Position numbers and translations under genes: made by a program
Shown: positions 39,463 to 53,278 of the stretch, piece by piece
Layout: every line of letters begins with the position of its first letter
Position numbering within the stretch: position 1 is the stretch's first letter
Origin: Octopus vulgaris
Taxonomy: Eukaryota
Direction: 5' to 3'
DNA: 64,000 bases
Assembly (NCBI GenBank): GCA_951406725.2
Contig: OX597839.1
Coordinates: forward strand, 27,404,001 to 27,468,000
Notes under the pieces: generated by a model
What the model saw: only the letters and a program-made list of their open reading frames with translations
Databases searched by the model: none
Told to the model about the DNA's origin: nothing

Positions 39463-39551
39463 TCTCTGATGAGTGGATGTATTACCAAATAATCATCATC
39501 AATTTTGGATTTCATTTCGAAGGGTAATACATTCATGAAACGATCGTAAGA
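39463..39551 (+). ncRNA. Type-I hammerhead ribozyme with canonical core
   Basis: TCT-CTGATGA (39466-39472)-13-bp stem II (TGGATGTATTACC/GGTAATACATTCA)-GAAA (39537-39540)-CGATCG-TA-AGA. Confidence 0.8.
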
Positions 39552-39635
39552 TATCTCAACTATTTTAAATAATCATACTTTATGTATTTATCCATTAATA
39601 CAATATTATTTTGATGTAACTTTTCCTGCTCTTAC

Positions 39636-39679
<44 letters not shown>

Positions 39680-39954
39680 TTAAATTTATATATATGTAGA
39701 CGCAAACAAAATATAGGAAAAACAACTGAAGTCAAATAAAGCGAATGTCTTAGATTAACGTTCAGTAAAAGTTTTCGTTGGAAAAATAGGAGTAGAAATG
39801 ATGTTTTGAGCATGGCTCTTCATCGAATGGAGGGAAATGTCCATAGAAGAGGAAAAGGAAACAGAAAGTCCGAAGAAGAGGACGGGTGTCATTACTGGGC
39901 CACAAAATAACTGCAATATATATATATATATATATGTATGTAGCTGATTGATCG

Positions 39955-40132
39955 CTAGCCCTAAACCTTTTCTATTTTCTCTCCCTATTTATTTCTGTGT
40001 CCCTTTCTGATGAAGAGCGTAGGGTCGAAACATAAAAGACTTTCTCACTTCCCGAGCGTTAAACTAATACATCTGTTTGTTGTTTACATACCCGTCTTCG
40101 TCTTTTGTTTTTTGTTGTTTTTTTTGTAAATT

Positions 40133-40138
<6 letters not shown>
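39955..40138 (+). mobile_element. Family H2 hammerhead element in (TA)n
   Basis: CTTT-CTGATGA-A-GAGC GTAG GGTC-GAAA-CA-TA-AAAG at ~40003-40038. Confidence 0.7.
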
Positions 40139-40182
<44 letters not shown>

Positions 40183-40257
40183 ATATATGTGTGTGTGTAT
40201 ATATATATGTGTGTATATATATATGTGTATATATATATATGTATATATGTATATATG

Positions 40258-40288
<31 letters not shown>

Positions 40289-40517
40289 ATATATATATAT
40301 GTGTATATATATATGTGTATATATATATGTATATATATATGTATATATATATGTATATATATATATAAACATATATATATATATTTGTATATATATATAT
40401 ATATAAACATATATATATATATATGTATGTATATATATATATATAAACATATTTATATATATATGTATGTATATATTTATATTTATATATATATATACAT
40501 ATATATATATATTTATA

Positions 40518-40584
<67 letters not shown>

Positions 40585-40794
40585 GAAATGTATATACTTA
40601 TATATAGGTATATATATATATACATACATATATATACGTGTGTATGTGTGTGTGAATGCGTATGCATGTGTTTCAGTGAATAGATTTTCGTACCCAGTAT
40701 CTAACTAACTACCTACCTACCTACCTACCTACCTACCTACCTACATACATACATACATACATACATACGTACATACCTACATACATATATACAC

Positions 40795-40827
<33 letters not shown>

Positions 40828-41829
40828 CATACATACATACATACATACATACATACATACATACATACATACATTGACGCACACACATACATGCATACAC
40901 ACACACAGGCATGCGTACGTACATTCACAGAAATAGAAATAAATGCCTGTATAGGTGTGATTATAGTCACACGGGGCTTTAAACTCATCTCTTCACCGAT
41001 CGCCATCTTATTGAAATTATATATTTTTTTCCCCAAAATAATTCCATCAAACCATACATACTTCCTAACACCATTACATCTATCGAAATACTTCAAATAC
41101 AAAATCATTTTCAGCGTAAAATAGACGTCTCAGATCCCAGACATTTTCTTAAGTTTTTATTTTGCAAAATATTTTTAATACTGTATGAGAATTGAAATTT
41201 AAAAACAATAAAACATGTACTCGACTTTAAAATCTGCGTGGGATAATCACCGACTCTGTTTAAACTCTGAAATGATATGCGTATGTGCAAATGTGTGTCG
41301 GGCGGGAGGCGCGTGTACTTTATTCACTGCGCGTCTATATCTGATGTAAATGGTTGAAATTTGTGTACGGATGTCTATAAAGAAAAAAGAGCTGGAATAT
41401 TTTGTTCATTAACTGTAATATAAAACGATCATAGATCATTCGTTCTTCACATCTAGTTTAGGTCTTTTTTTTGTTGTTTTTATTTTAAAGTTTTGGCCTT
41501 TCTTTTTTCATCTTTATTTTTTGTTTTTTTTTATCTTTCTTTTCGCTAGTTTCATCCAATCAATAAGAAGCTACGTTTTATTGGTCGAAAATAGTCGGCA
41601 AATTTCTAACAATTACCACGCACGTGCACACACACACACACACACACATACACATGTATATGTATCTACATGCATCTATGTGTGTACGCATGTTTATGTG
41701 CATATATGTAAGTGTTCGTGTGTGTATATATATATATATATATGCATATATGCATGTACATATATATGTATATTTATGTATGTATATGAATATATATATA
41801 TATATTATGATATAATTATATATAAATAA

Positions 41830-41875
<46 letters not shown>

Positions 41876-41931
41876 ATATACAGATATATATATAGATACA
41901 TACATATATATAGTATATTATAAGATGATAG

Positions 41932-41966
<35 letters not shown>

Positions 41967-42017
41967 TATATATATAGATACATACATACATATATATAGT
42001 ATATTATAAGATGATAG

Positions 42018-42066
<49 letters not shown>

Positions 42067-42708
42067 TTTTACAATATACTATATTTATCAAAATTTCAGT
42101 GACCTGTAACAGTTATTTTATATTAAATTATTCTATATTTAGAATTATCCTACAGATAAAATCATTCTGCAAAACAAAGCATTTAGAAACAAGCATTGTA
42201 TGGAAACAAGTTTCGAGATTTGATCAAAAGTAGTTCGAGAGATCACAGTTTCGAAGTAGAATTGCCTCACTGTAAAAATTCTTTTCGATAAAACGTTGTT
42301 TCGATAGAATGTCGTTTCTGTAACACGTCGTTCGATCGAGTGGCGTTCGGTGAAAAGATGCGTCACATTGTATGTAATATATTTGTGTGCATGTTGTGTA
42401 TGAATGAAGGTGGTGAGCGGGCAGAATCGTTTAATATGCCGCGCAAATTGCTTAGCGGCATGTCGCCCGTTTTTTCGTTATGAGCTCAGTCTTCCGTTGA
42501 GAATGACTTTGGCTTTCATTGTTTCAGGGTCGATAAAATAAGTACCATTTGACCACTGGGGTCAATGTATTGACTTACCCCTCTACCACCATCACCAATG
42601 TTGCTGGCATTGTGAAAACTTGAACTCGATATGTATGAATGAATGCATTTATGTTTGTTTGTGAGTATGACTTTCTATCGCGTACATCCTCCGACCAAGA
42701 CATAACAA

Positions 42709-43495
42709 CCTATTTCTTTACTACCCACAAGGGGCTAAACACGGAGAGGACAAACAAGAACAGACAAACGGATTAAGTCGATTATATCGACCGCAGTGCG
42801 TAACTGGTACTTATTTAATCGACCCCGAAAGGATGAAAGGCAAAGTCGACCTCGGCGGAATTTGAACTCAGAACGTAACGACAGACGAAATACCTATTTC
42901 TTTACTACCCACAAGGGGCTAAACACAGAGAGGACAAACAAGGACAGACAAACGTATTAAGTCGATTATATCGACCGCAGTGGGTAACTGGTACTTATTT
43001 AATCGACCCCGAAAGGATGAAAGGCAAAGTCGGCCTCGGCTGAATTTGAACTCAGAATGTAACGACAGACGAAATACCTATTTCTTTACTACCCACAAGG
43101 GGCTAAACACAGAAAGGACAAACAAGGACAGACAAACGGATTAATTCGATTATATCGACTGCAGTGCGTAACTGGTACTTATTTAATCGATCCCGAAAGG
43201 ATGAAAGGCAAAGTCGACCTCGGCTGAATTTGAACTCAGAACGTAACGATAGACGAAATGCCTATTTCTTTATTACCTACAAGGGGCTAAACACAGAGGG
43301 GACAAACAAGGACAGACAAACGGATTAAGTCGATTATATCGACCGCAGTGCATAACTGGTACTTATTTAATCGACCATGAAATGATGAAAGGCAAAGTCG
43401 ACCTCGGCGGGTTTTTGAACTCAGAACGTAACGACTGACGAAATACCGCTAAGCATTTCGCCCGGCGCGCTAACGTTTCTGCCAGCTCGCCGTCT
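42709..43495 (-). mobile_element. Tandem SINE-B multimer (one head plus 4 x 184-bp bodies)
   Basis: Units start at 42709, 42893, 43077 and 43261; repeated at 55338-56128. Confidence 0.9.
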
Positions 43496-43646
43496 TACTT
43501 AAGTCTTGTTACCAAGACTTAATAACCGTCTCCAAAACCTCAGCATATTCAGCAGCATTTACTCTAAAGATTGGGAAGATGAGAGTTAACGTGACGATAT
43601 AACAGTGAGTTTGCTGGATTCTGTGATGCATATATTCTCTCCCCAG

Positions 43647-44030
43647 TGGAGGCGCAATGGCCCAGTGGTTAGGGCAGTGGACTCGCGGTCATAGGATCGC
43701 TGTTTCGATTTCCAGACCGGGCGTTGTGAGTGTTTATTGAGCGAAAACACCTAAAAAGCTCCACGAGGCTCCGGCAGGGGATGGTGGTGATCCCTGCTGT
43801 ACTCTTTCACCACAACTTTCTCTCACTCTTACTTCCTGTTACTGTTGTACCTGTATTTCAAAGGGCCGGCCTTGTCACTCTCTGTGTCACGCTGAATATC
43901 CCCGAGAACTACGTTAAGGGTACACGTGTCTGTGGAGTGCTCAGCCACTTACACGTTAATTTCACGAGCAGGCTGTTCCGTTGATTGGATCAACCGGAAC
44001 CCTCGTCGTCGTAACCGACGGAGTGCTTCC
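43647..44030 (+). mobile_element. Full-length SINE family D (tail type 1) with 14-bp TSD
   Basis: TSD ATATTCTCTCCCCA at 43632-43645 and 44031-44044; tRNA head TGGCCCAGTGG...GTTTCGATT. Confidence 0.92.
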
Positions 44031-44429
44031 ATATTCTCTCCCCACCCACCATACGACATCACTGAACGGGACTTTGCGCCCCCTCATAAATGCTCATTAT
44101 TGCCAGGTTAATGAACTGTATCAACGGGAACTGAAGTGTTCTGCTCAAGAACACAATGCATCGCCCGACCCAGGAATCGAAACTACAATCTGACGATCAT
44201 GAGTACAGCACTTTAACCTCTACGCCACGCGAACCCCAACCGGTGGTAATTAAGTGTCCTCAAATACTTCTCGCACCCTGTAGATATATAAAATGTAGAC
44301 ACACACACACGCGCGCACTAACAACAGCAACAACAACAACAACAATAATAATGCGTGCGAGAGTTGATAGAAGTAAAAATATGTCCATTATTCGATTGCA
44401 CCAACGAGATATAAATAGTTAGTTCTCAG

Positions 44430-44473
<44 letters not shown>

Positions 44474-44809
44474 CCACACACTCACACTCACACACACTCA
44501 CACACACACACTTACACAACACACACTCACACTCACACACACACACACTCACACAACACACACTCAGACTCACACACACTCACACACACACACACACACA
44601 CACAAACACTCACTCACTCACTCACTCACACAACACACACTCAGACTCACACACACTCACACACTCACACACACACACACACACACATTTGCCTCCCTCT
44701 CTCTGGTGGTATTATATAATCCCCACGGCTGCTTCGCCTAAGATCATCTTCCTATATTTATTATTGTAACCGGCATTTTTTTTGACAAATGCATGCAAAG
44801 CAGAACAAC

Positions 44810-45339
44810 ACATTATCATCACCACCATCGTCATCACCATCATCACCATCACCACCACACAACCATCGTCATCATCGTCATCATCATCATCATCATCATC
44901 ACCATCACCACCACACCAACATCCTTATCATCATCATCATCGTCACCATCATCACTATCATCATCATCATCATCATCACCATCATTATCATCATCATCAT
45001 CGTCACCATCATCTTCATCATCATCATCATCATCGTTATCATCATCATCGTCATGATCATCACCATCATTATCATCATCATCATCGTCACCATCATCTTC
45101 ATCGTTATCATCATCGCCATCATCATCATCGCCATCATCATCAGCATCATCATCATCAATACCACCGCCATCATCAGCAGCTTCAGGACCAGCATCGTTA
45201 TGATTGTTATCATCATCATCATCTTCCTTGGCCCACCCCCATCATCAACAACGACAACAACAACAACAACAGCGTTTGCCTGCTAAGAAGGAAAGGAGGA
45301 AGAGGTGGACTGCCTCGAAATCTTGAACAAACAAACAAT

Positions 45340-45372
<33 letters not shown>

Positions 45373-46000
45373 GGAGAGAGAGAGGGGGGAGAGAGAGAGA
45401 GAGAGAGAGGCAGCATCCTAAACATTAACTGAACATCATTAGTGCAACTGCCACCATCATTATCCCCCACCAACACCATCCCCACCCTTCCCCCGTTACC
45501 ACCATCATCTTCAACACTATCACCATCACCGTCACCATCGCTACAACCACCACCACCACCGCCACAACCGCCACAACCACTACTAACAGCAGCAGCATCA
45601 CTACCACCACCACCACCACTACCATCATCATCATCATCATCATCATCCGCCTCATCATCATCATCATCATCGTTTTGAAACTAATATCTAAAGCAATTAA
45701 CGTTAGTAACAATTCCACCATCATTATGATCACCACCACCGCCGCCACCGCAAGCACCACCACCATAACAACAACAACAACCACTACAACAGCAGCAAGA
45801 ACAGCAACAGCACCATTATCACTACCATCACCATCACCGCCATCATTTTTATCCACACTGTCATCATCCGACCATCACCAACAACACCACCGCTACCACG
45901 ATCATCATCATTACCATTTCCGATCACCACCACCACCACCACCACCACTACCATCACCCTGTTCATCATCATCATCATCACCATCATCATCCACGATTCC
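44810..46000. repeat. (CAT)n/(CAC)n trinucleotide-rich low-complexity region
   Basis: Direct inspection; expanded counterpart at 57015-58640. Confidence 0.95.
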
Positions 46001-46094
46001 CAAAGCAAAAACTAAAATTAAAAGACCGACACAGCATCCGTGAGGTTTACAAAGAAACGTAAAAATACAGTCGACCTCAATATTTCGGTAAACG

Positions 46095-46140
<46 letters not shown>

Positions 46141-46504
46141 ATATATAGTTATATAGATATATATACACACAAATGTCTGCGTATGTATACACACACATAC
46201 ACACACACACACACATAGTTATATAGATATATATACACACAAATGTATACGTATGTATACACACACACACACATAGTTATATAGATATATATACACACAA
46301 ATGTATACGTATGTATTCACACACACACACACACACACACATAGTTATATAGATATATATACACAGATGTATACGTATGTATTGACACATACACACACAC
46401 ATAGTTATATAGATATATATACACACAAATGTATACGTATGTATTCACACACACACACACACACATAGTTATATAGATATATATACACAGATGTATACGT
46501 ATGT

Positions 46505-46577
<73 letters not shown>

Positions 46578-47011
46578 ATGAAAGTAGAAATAGCACAAAA
46601 GTAAATCTAAGACATTTCAATTTAGAAAGAATTTAATAAAATGATTTTAAAATTCTATAAAGAAAATATTGAATATCACCGGTTTCGATGATGAATCTTA
46701 TTTGATCAAATATTAGTTGAAATTTATGAAAATTTGAAGTAAAAATAGTTTTCTTCTGTCTGGGGTCAAAAACATGTCTGGATTTTTTTCGTTGAAGTCT
46801 TTAGAAATAGTTTTGTATAGAGTTCAAGATATTGGAATGAAAAAGAGGGGGGTGTAGTTGTCTGATGTCTAAAAAGAAATCAGTGTAAGCTCCTGCCAAG
46901 GGAGTGGCTTAGAAGCATTCATTGAATGGGTTTATGTCACCTGTGTGTGTGCGTGTGTGTCTGTGTATGTGTGTGTGTGTGTGTGTGTGTGCGTGTGTGT
47001 GTGTATATGTG

Positions 47012-47320
47012 GGACTCGCGGTCGGAGGATCGCGGTTTCGATTCCCAGACCGGGCGTTGTGAGTGTTTATTGAGCGAAAACACCTAAAGCTCCACGAGGC
47101 TCCGGCAGGGGATGGTGGTGATCCCTGCTGTACTCTTTCACCACAACTTTCTCTCATTCTTACTTCCTCTCTGTGTCACGCTGAATATCCCCGAGAACTA
47201 CGTTAAGGGTACACGTGTCTGTGGAGTGCTCAGCCACTTACACGTTAATTTCACAAGCAGGCTGTTCCGTTGATCGGATCAACCGGAACCCTCGTCGTCG
47301 TAACCGACGGAGTGCTTCCA
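47012..47320 (+). mobile_element. SINE family D (tail type 1) inside (GT)n, absent from the second duplicate
   Basis: Homology to 43647-44030; no counterpart near 59585. Confidence 0.85.
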
Positions 47321-47323
47321 TCC

Positions 47324-47357
<34 letters not shown>

Positions 47358-47608
47358 TGTGATGAATGTCCTTTCAATATATTTGGAATGTGACCAGCTG
47401 TGTGTTGATGGGTGTGTATATTGTGATGATTATCTTGTTACAGAAAGAATTAGGATCTTTTTTATGTATGGGTTTGATGTTGTATGTGTGTGTGTGTGCG
47501 TGTGCGTATATATATCTTCTTTCCTGAGCGTCCAATAATACTTTATTTGTTCCACGTCCTCGCGTTGTTGTGTTCTTTTTGTGTTTTTTTGTGTTTTCTT
47601 GTTTGGAT

Positions 47609-47692
<84 letters not shown>

Positions 47693-47695
<3 letters not shown>

Positions 47696-47983
47696 AGGCG
47701 CAATGGCCTAGTGGTTAGGGCAGCGGACTCGCGGTCGCAGGTTTCTATTCCCAGACCGAGCGTTGTGAGTGTTTATTGAGCGAAAACACCTAAAAGCTCC
47801 ACGAGACTCCGGCAGGGGATGGTGATCCCTGCTGTACTCTTTCACCACTCTTTCTCCCACTCTTTCTTCTGTTGGCCTGCTCGCTTAGCCAGCTGGGTGG
47901 CGTCATTCGGAGGCTAAAACAATGCGAACGCATTGTGACCAGCGATGTGTAACTACATCTGATGGTCTGGTAGGTCACGTGAT
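47693..47983 (+). mobile_element. SINE family D (tail type 2)
   Basis: Same head; tail GGCTAAAACAATGCG...GGTCACGTGATA; also at 59746-60042, with a tail-only copy at 35228-35350 (-). Confidence 0.88.
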
Positions 47984-48589
47984 ATATATATATATACAGT
48001 TATGGTATATTCTGTTAAGAACATAGTAAAGTATAAACGTTGTCCACCTTCAGATTTCCCCTGTACTATCCAGTATTAGTATTATACCTACTTCCGGGTT
48101 TCGTTTGGGCATTTGTCGTGTGTGAATAGGTAACTGAAAAAATTGGAGTCAACAAAAAGGGTTGGTCATTTATTTTTTAATAACTACAATTGTTTCGACG
48201 CACCGTAGTTCTCCAGGTGTGCAGGTGCTTGATTACGCAACTATTTCCCTGCGCTATGAGATCTAGTTCTGTTTCCTTAGGCCATATGTAAATATTGTCT
48301 CCGTAAATTTAAAATCCTCGGCTTCAAGAACATCCTATCTGTCTGTCTGTCGTGGCCTTAATTTAGTGGTCGTCACTTAGCTTATCAGGGTGTTCTGATG
48401 CTGAGGTGCTGTTGGCAAACTCCTTTGAATGTGTAGATGTAGTGGGATGGCGATTCTGGCTAAAGAGGTTACCGTTTTGATAGGGATCGGCATTATATTT
48501 CTTTAAACCTTTGATTTGTTAAAAAGCATATATATCTACTTAAATACACACATACGCACACACTCACACCCATACATATAAATATATAT

Positions 48590-48654
<65 letters not shown>

Positions 48655-48659
<5 letters not shown>

Positions 48660-49012
48660 AAATATTAGGGAATAAATCCAAACTTACAGGGAAAAATCAG
48701 ATTTAGGATTGAATCCAATTTTATAGTAAAATATTATATTATATTAAATTAGAGACAAAACCACTATTAGGCAAATCAAACAAAGAAAGACTTAAGCCAA
48801 TACATAAATTAATTTATAGTATTTAAATATGTAACAATTATTAAAAAATATAATTAATATCCACTACGATCGTTTCCTGGCTGCTGTCATCGTAGTGGAT
48901 ATTAATTATATTTTTTAATAATTGTTACATATTTAAATAATATAAATTAATTTATGTATTGGCTTAAGTCTTTCTTTGTTTGATTTGCCTAATAATGGTT
49001 TTGTCTCTAATT

Positions 49013-49016
<4 letters not shown>
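48655..49016. mobile_element. Fold-back family H1 element in (TA)n
   Basis: ~130-bp inverted arms around the loop 48871-48888; contains the hammerhead 3' half GAAACGATCGTAGTGG on the minus strand. Confidence 0.85.
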
Positions 49017-49032
<16 letters not shown>

Positions 49033-49055
<23 letters not shown>

Positions 49056-49250
49056 CGGGAAGGTTTACAAAATAAACAAAAGACGAAGGCAGGTGGAGTA
49101 CAAACAAACAAATGTATTAGTATGGCGCTCAGGAATAGAAATAGAACAAGTCTTTTACGTTTCGAGCCTACGCTCTTCGACAGAAAGATACACAGAAAAG
49201 AAACAAGGAGAGAAAAAAATGCGTATAGGAGCTAACGATCTATCATGGCG
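49033..49250 (-). mobile_element. Family H2 hammerhead element
   Basis: Minus strand CTTT-CTGTCGA-A-GAGC GTAG GCTC-GAAA-CG-TA-AAAG at ~49152-49187. Confidence 0.75.
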
Positions 49251-49362
49251 TTCTATATGTGCATAGATATACATATGCATATACCCACACGCACACAAAT
49301 ACGGATATGTACATGTACTTACATGCTCATATATGAATCTATGTACATACATACATTCACAC

Positions 49363-50480
49363 ACACAATCCCCTTAACATTGAAACCTTCGAAGCCATCC
49401 TTCAGAACATTCCGCTACTAAAAAGGGACCACAGAATGAATTCAATCCTCCAAACGCATACCATCATAAAGAGCAAAAGACAACCCAAATCTATGAAAAG
49501 TCTTCTAACACAAGTCCAAGTACACTCGACAACAATACTGAAGCCGTCAGAAAAAAATGCGGAAGACCTAACTGCGTCAACCTAATTGAGGGATCGGAAT
49601 TCTCTTTCAAACAGGGTCAACGTTTTACAGTGAAAAGCAACCTCACATGTACTTCGGATAACCTAATATATGTTTTAACTTGCTCTGGGTGACAAAGGCC
49701 AAACCAAAGACAGTCTACATCAAAGGATGACTCTACATAAATCGCAGATCAAAATTCGCGAATACTGAAAAATAGCATTCGGTGAACACATCGACATTTG
49801 CGCCACTAACGAACAACCCAGCTTCAGAATTTTCCCGCTTTATAAATTCAGGGACGATGCAATCTATAATCAGCGCATTAGCAAAGAATCATATTTTATC
49901 ACAAAATTTGAACCCGTTTTGAATGCGTCCACCACAAATGACACTACTACAAGGGCCTTGGAATAATACCCACGCAGATATTGAAAATGATACATTCAGA
50001 ACAGTCACTACCCATGAAGTTATTCAGAACAATTCCAATCACTACTATTACAACCACAACAGGTCACTTTTAGGTCACTTGACCATTTAAGAGGATTCCA
50101 CCAACATCCTACTTCTGTCATACAACTCCCGTCTTCTTCTTCTTCTTCTTCTTCTTCTTCTTCTTCTTCTTCTTCTTCTTCTCCTTCTTCTCCCTCAGCT
50201 ACTATTGCTGCTTAAACATTCAAAACCAAGAATTCATATCAAATATTAGAACTGCTACTACCTGCTACCAAGCCCTCAAAAGAGTAAAAAGTAGAGAGAG
50301 ATAGACGGACTGAAAAAAAGGAAAATGTCCCTTGTATTTGAAAACTACGGAAATATTTTGACAAACCAGTTCATTGAATTTTCCACAGTCGAATTGTTTC
50401 TTATGCGTTACTCTAAGTTGAACTAGTCGCAAAGGCTGAAACCGGTACTAAAATGTCCTTCATGATAAAATTATTTTAGC
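49363..50480 (+). mobile_element. Penelope-like element 3' remnant: linker plus GIY-YIG endonuclease pseudogene plus 3' region
   Basis: HNP...IIKSKRQPKSMKSLLT, KCGRPNC, NLTCTSDNLIYVLTCSG, GQTKDSLHQRMTLHKSQI, RISKESYFITKFEPVLN; degenerate hammerhead 3' half GAAACCGGTA near 50438. Duplicate at ~61361-62520. Confidence 0.85.
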
Positions 50481-50563
50481 GTTATCTACCTTGACTTTCT
50501 TTCCTTATATTTATCAACTCGTGTGTTCCTTTTCAATCTTCTACATATACATACATACATACA

Positions 50564-50610
<47 letters not shown>

Positions 50611-50681
50611 CGGTTTGTATGTACGTATATATATATATACATATGTATGTATGTATGTATACACACACATATATATGAATA

Positions 50682-50740
<59 letters not shown>

Positions 50741-50817
50741 ATATATACTTGTATATACTTGTTTACACAAACATACATTTCTATAAACACCCACTTGCAT
50801 TCACATATATAATGGTG

Positions 50818-50849
<32 letters not shown>

Positions 50850-51150
50850 ACTAGTTGTCATGGGGAGGATGGATGGAAGGGGAGGATGGGAAAGAGGAGG
50901 GGGCGGAGGAGAAGGAAAGCAGGAGTGATGCAGGAGCAGTGGTGTTGGGGCGCGGTGGTTTCGGGGTGGATGCAGCGCAGCTTATTACCTGGTGATTCAA
51001 GAAGCTATTGTATCATTTGATGGATGGATTACATGCCGTACACACAGACAGACGCACAGCACAGGCGAACACACCTGCCTAGATACACATATATATATAT
51101 GTACATACATATGTACATAAATGCATGTATGTATTATGTATTATGCATGT

Positions 51151-51184
<34 letters not shown>

Positions 51185-51230
51185 ACATATATATACATAT
51201 ATACATATATATACATACATAAATATTTAC

Positions 51231-51265
<35 letters not shown>

Positions 51266-51281
51266 CGTACATATATATATG

Positions 51282-51319
<38 letters not shown>

Positions 51320-51363
51320 CATATATATATATGTATCTATATATATTTATATATATATATATT

Positions 51364-51482
<119 letters not shown>

Positions 51483-51629
51483 GTATGCATGTATATTTAT
51501 ATATATATATATATGTGTGTGTGTGTATACATGTATATATACAAACACAAGTATGCAGGTATATTTATATATATATATATATATATATATGTGTATACAT
51601 GTATATATACAAACACATATATATATGTA

Positions 51630-51672
<43 letters not shown>

Positions 51673-53065
51673 ACATGTATATATACACACACACATATAT
51701 ATATATATATGTATGTATGTGTGCGTGTGCGTTAGGTAAAATAAACACCAGAGATGCTTCTTTACCCCACGCAGAACCTTGCAGGATCTATTTCGAGATA
51801 TTGCAAGCCTCCTCTTCTGATCGTGACTAAAGCAATTGCTATGCCCCCCCCCCCGCAACCCCTTTTTTGTTTCTACAGCAACTCTCTCAGGGACACAAGC
51901 GTTTCCGCCCCATACCCTGCCACGCACACACACACACACACACACGGTGATAGGGAAACCCGAGCATGTTGATATTTAAGGCGGTGAGGTGGCAGAGTTG
52001 TTGGTGCACCCGGCAAAATGCTTCGCGGCATCTTTGCAGTCTTTATGTTCTGAGTTCAAATGCTGTTGAGTCCCATCTTTCCTTTTAACTCCTCTCGGGG
52101 TCGTTAAAATGAGTACCAGTGAAGTACTGGGGTCGATATCATCGATTAGTGCCCCCCACCCCACGAACTTAATGGCATTCAGCTAAAACCTGAAGCCAAT
52201 ATAAGATTGATGTAAGCCAGTGGAGCTGGCAGAATGGTTAGCACGCTGGGCGAAATGGTTAACGGCATTTCGTCCGTCCTTACGTTCTGAGTTCAAATTC
52301 CACTGAAGCTGCCATTGCCTTTCATTCTTTCGGGGTTGATAAAGTGTGTACCAGTTGGACACTGGGGTCGATGCATTCAGCTTAATCCCTTCCCACAATT
52401 TTTCAGGCCTTGTGCCGAAATTTGAAATTAATATACACTCTTGAAGGCAGCGAAGTAGTAGAAACGTTAGCAACGTCGGGGTAAAATGCTTAGCAACATT
52501 TCGTCCATCTTTACACATTACCTATTTCTTTACTACCCCCAAGGGGCTAAGCACAGAGAGGACAAACAAGGACAGACAAACGGATTAAGTCGAATACATC
52601 GACCCTAGTGCGTAACTGGTACTTAATTTATCGACCCCGAAAGGCTGATGGGCAAAGTCGACCTCGGCGGAATTTGAACTCAGAACGTAACGGCAGACGA
52701 AATACGGCTACGCATTTCGCCCGGCAAGCTAACCACTCTGCCAGCTCGCCGCCTTATAACTACCAAAGCATTATAAATACCAAACGGTAATATTGATCGC
52801 CACTTAAAATTGAATGTTGTTTTAAAACACGGAATACTAAAAGATTATAAGAGAGATTCTTTCCTCTTTAACTATCGCAGTATCCTGTGTTCGATCTCAA
52901 CGTCGACTTTTAAGTAGGGATAAAAGTTATTTTACAATTTATTTCTATTTTACGAAGTTTAATCTGATAAATGTTCCAAGTGGCTTCCATCGTCTCTGCC
53001 ACATTTCTCGGAACTGTCAAGAACAGCGTTTCATTGATTTTTAATTTAATATCATTTTGTGAGTA

Positions 53066-53278
53066 AGGCGGCGGGCTGGCAGAAGCGTTAGCACGCGGGG
53101 CGAAATGCTTAGCGGTATTTCGTCTGCCGTTACGTTCTGAGTTCAAATTCCGCCGAGGTCGACTTTGCCTTTCATCAATTCGGGGTTGATAAATTAAGTA
53201 CCAGTTGTTTTACTGGGATCAATCTAATCGACTGGCCCCTTCCCCAAAACGTCAGGCTTTGTGCCTAGAGTAGAAAAG
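53066..53278 (+). mobile_element. Young full-length SINE family B with TSD
   Basis: TSD AATATCATTTTGTG(A/C)GTA at 53048-53065 and 53279-53296. Confidence 0.92.

Noticed and set aside
43647-43725. tRNA gene candidates at SINE heads
   Set aside because: No complete cloverleaf; they continue into SINE bodies bounded by TSDs.
44782-46043. His-rich or Ser-rich ORFs (also 56915-58687)
   Set aside because: (CAT)n repeats; length and reading frame are not conserved between the two duplicated copies.
48180-48400. Hammerhead 3' half GAAACAATTGTA on the minus strand
   Set aside because: No convincing CTGANGA with a matching stem I; left uncalled.
49685-49770. In-frame TGA codons in the GIY-YIG remnant as possible selenocysteine
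   Set aside because: The first TGA is TGT in the duplicate copy and the second is plausibly CGA decay; the element also has deletions.
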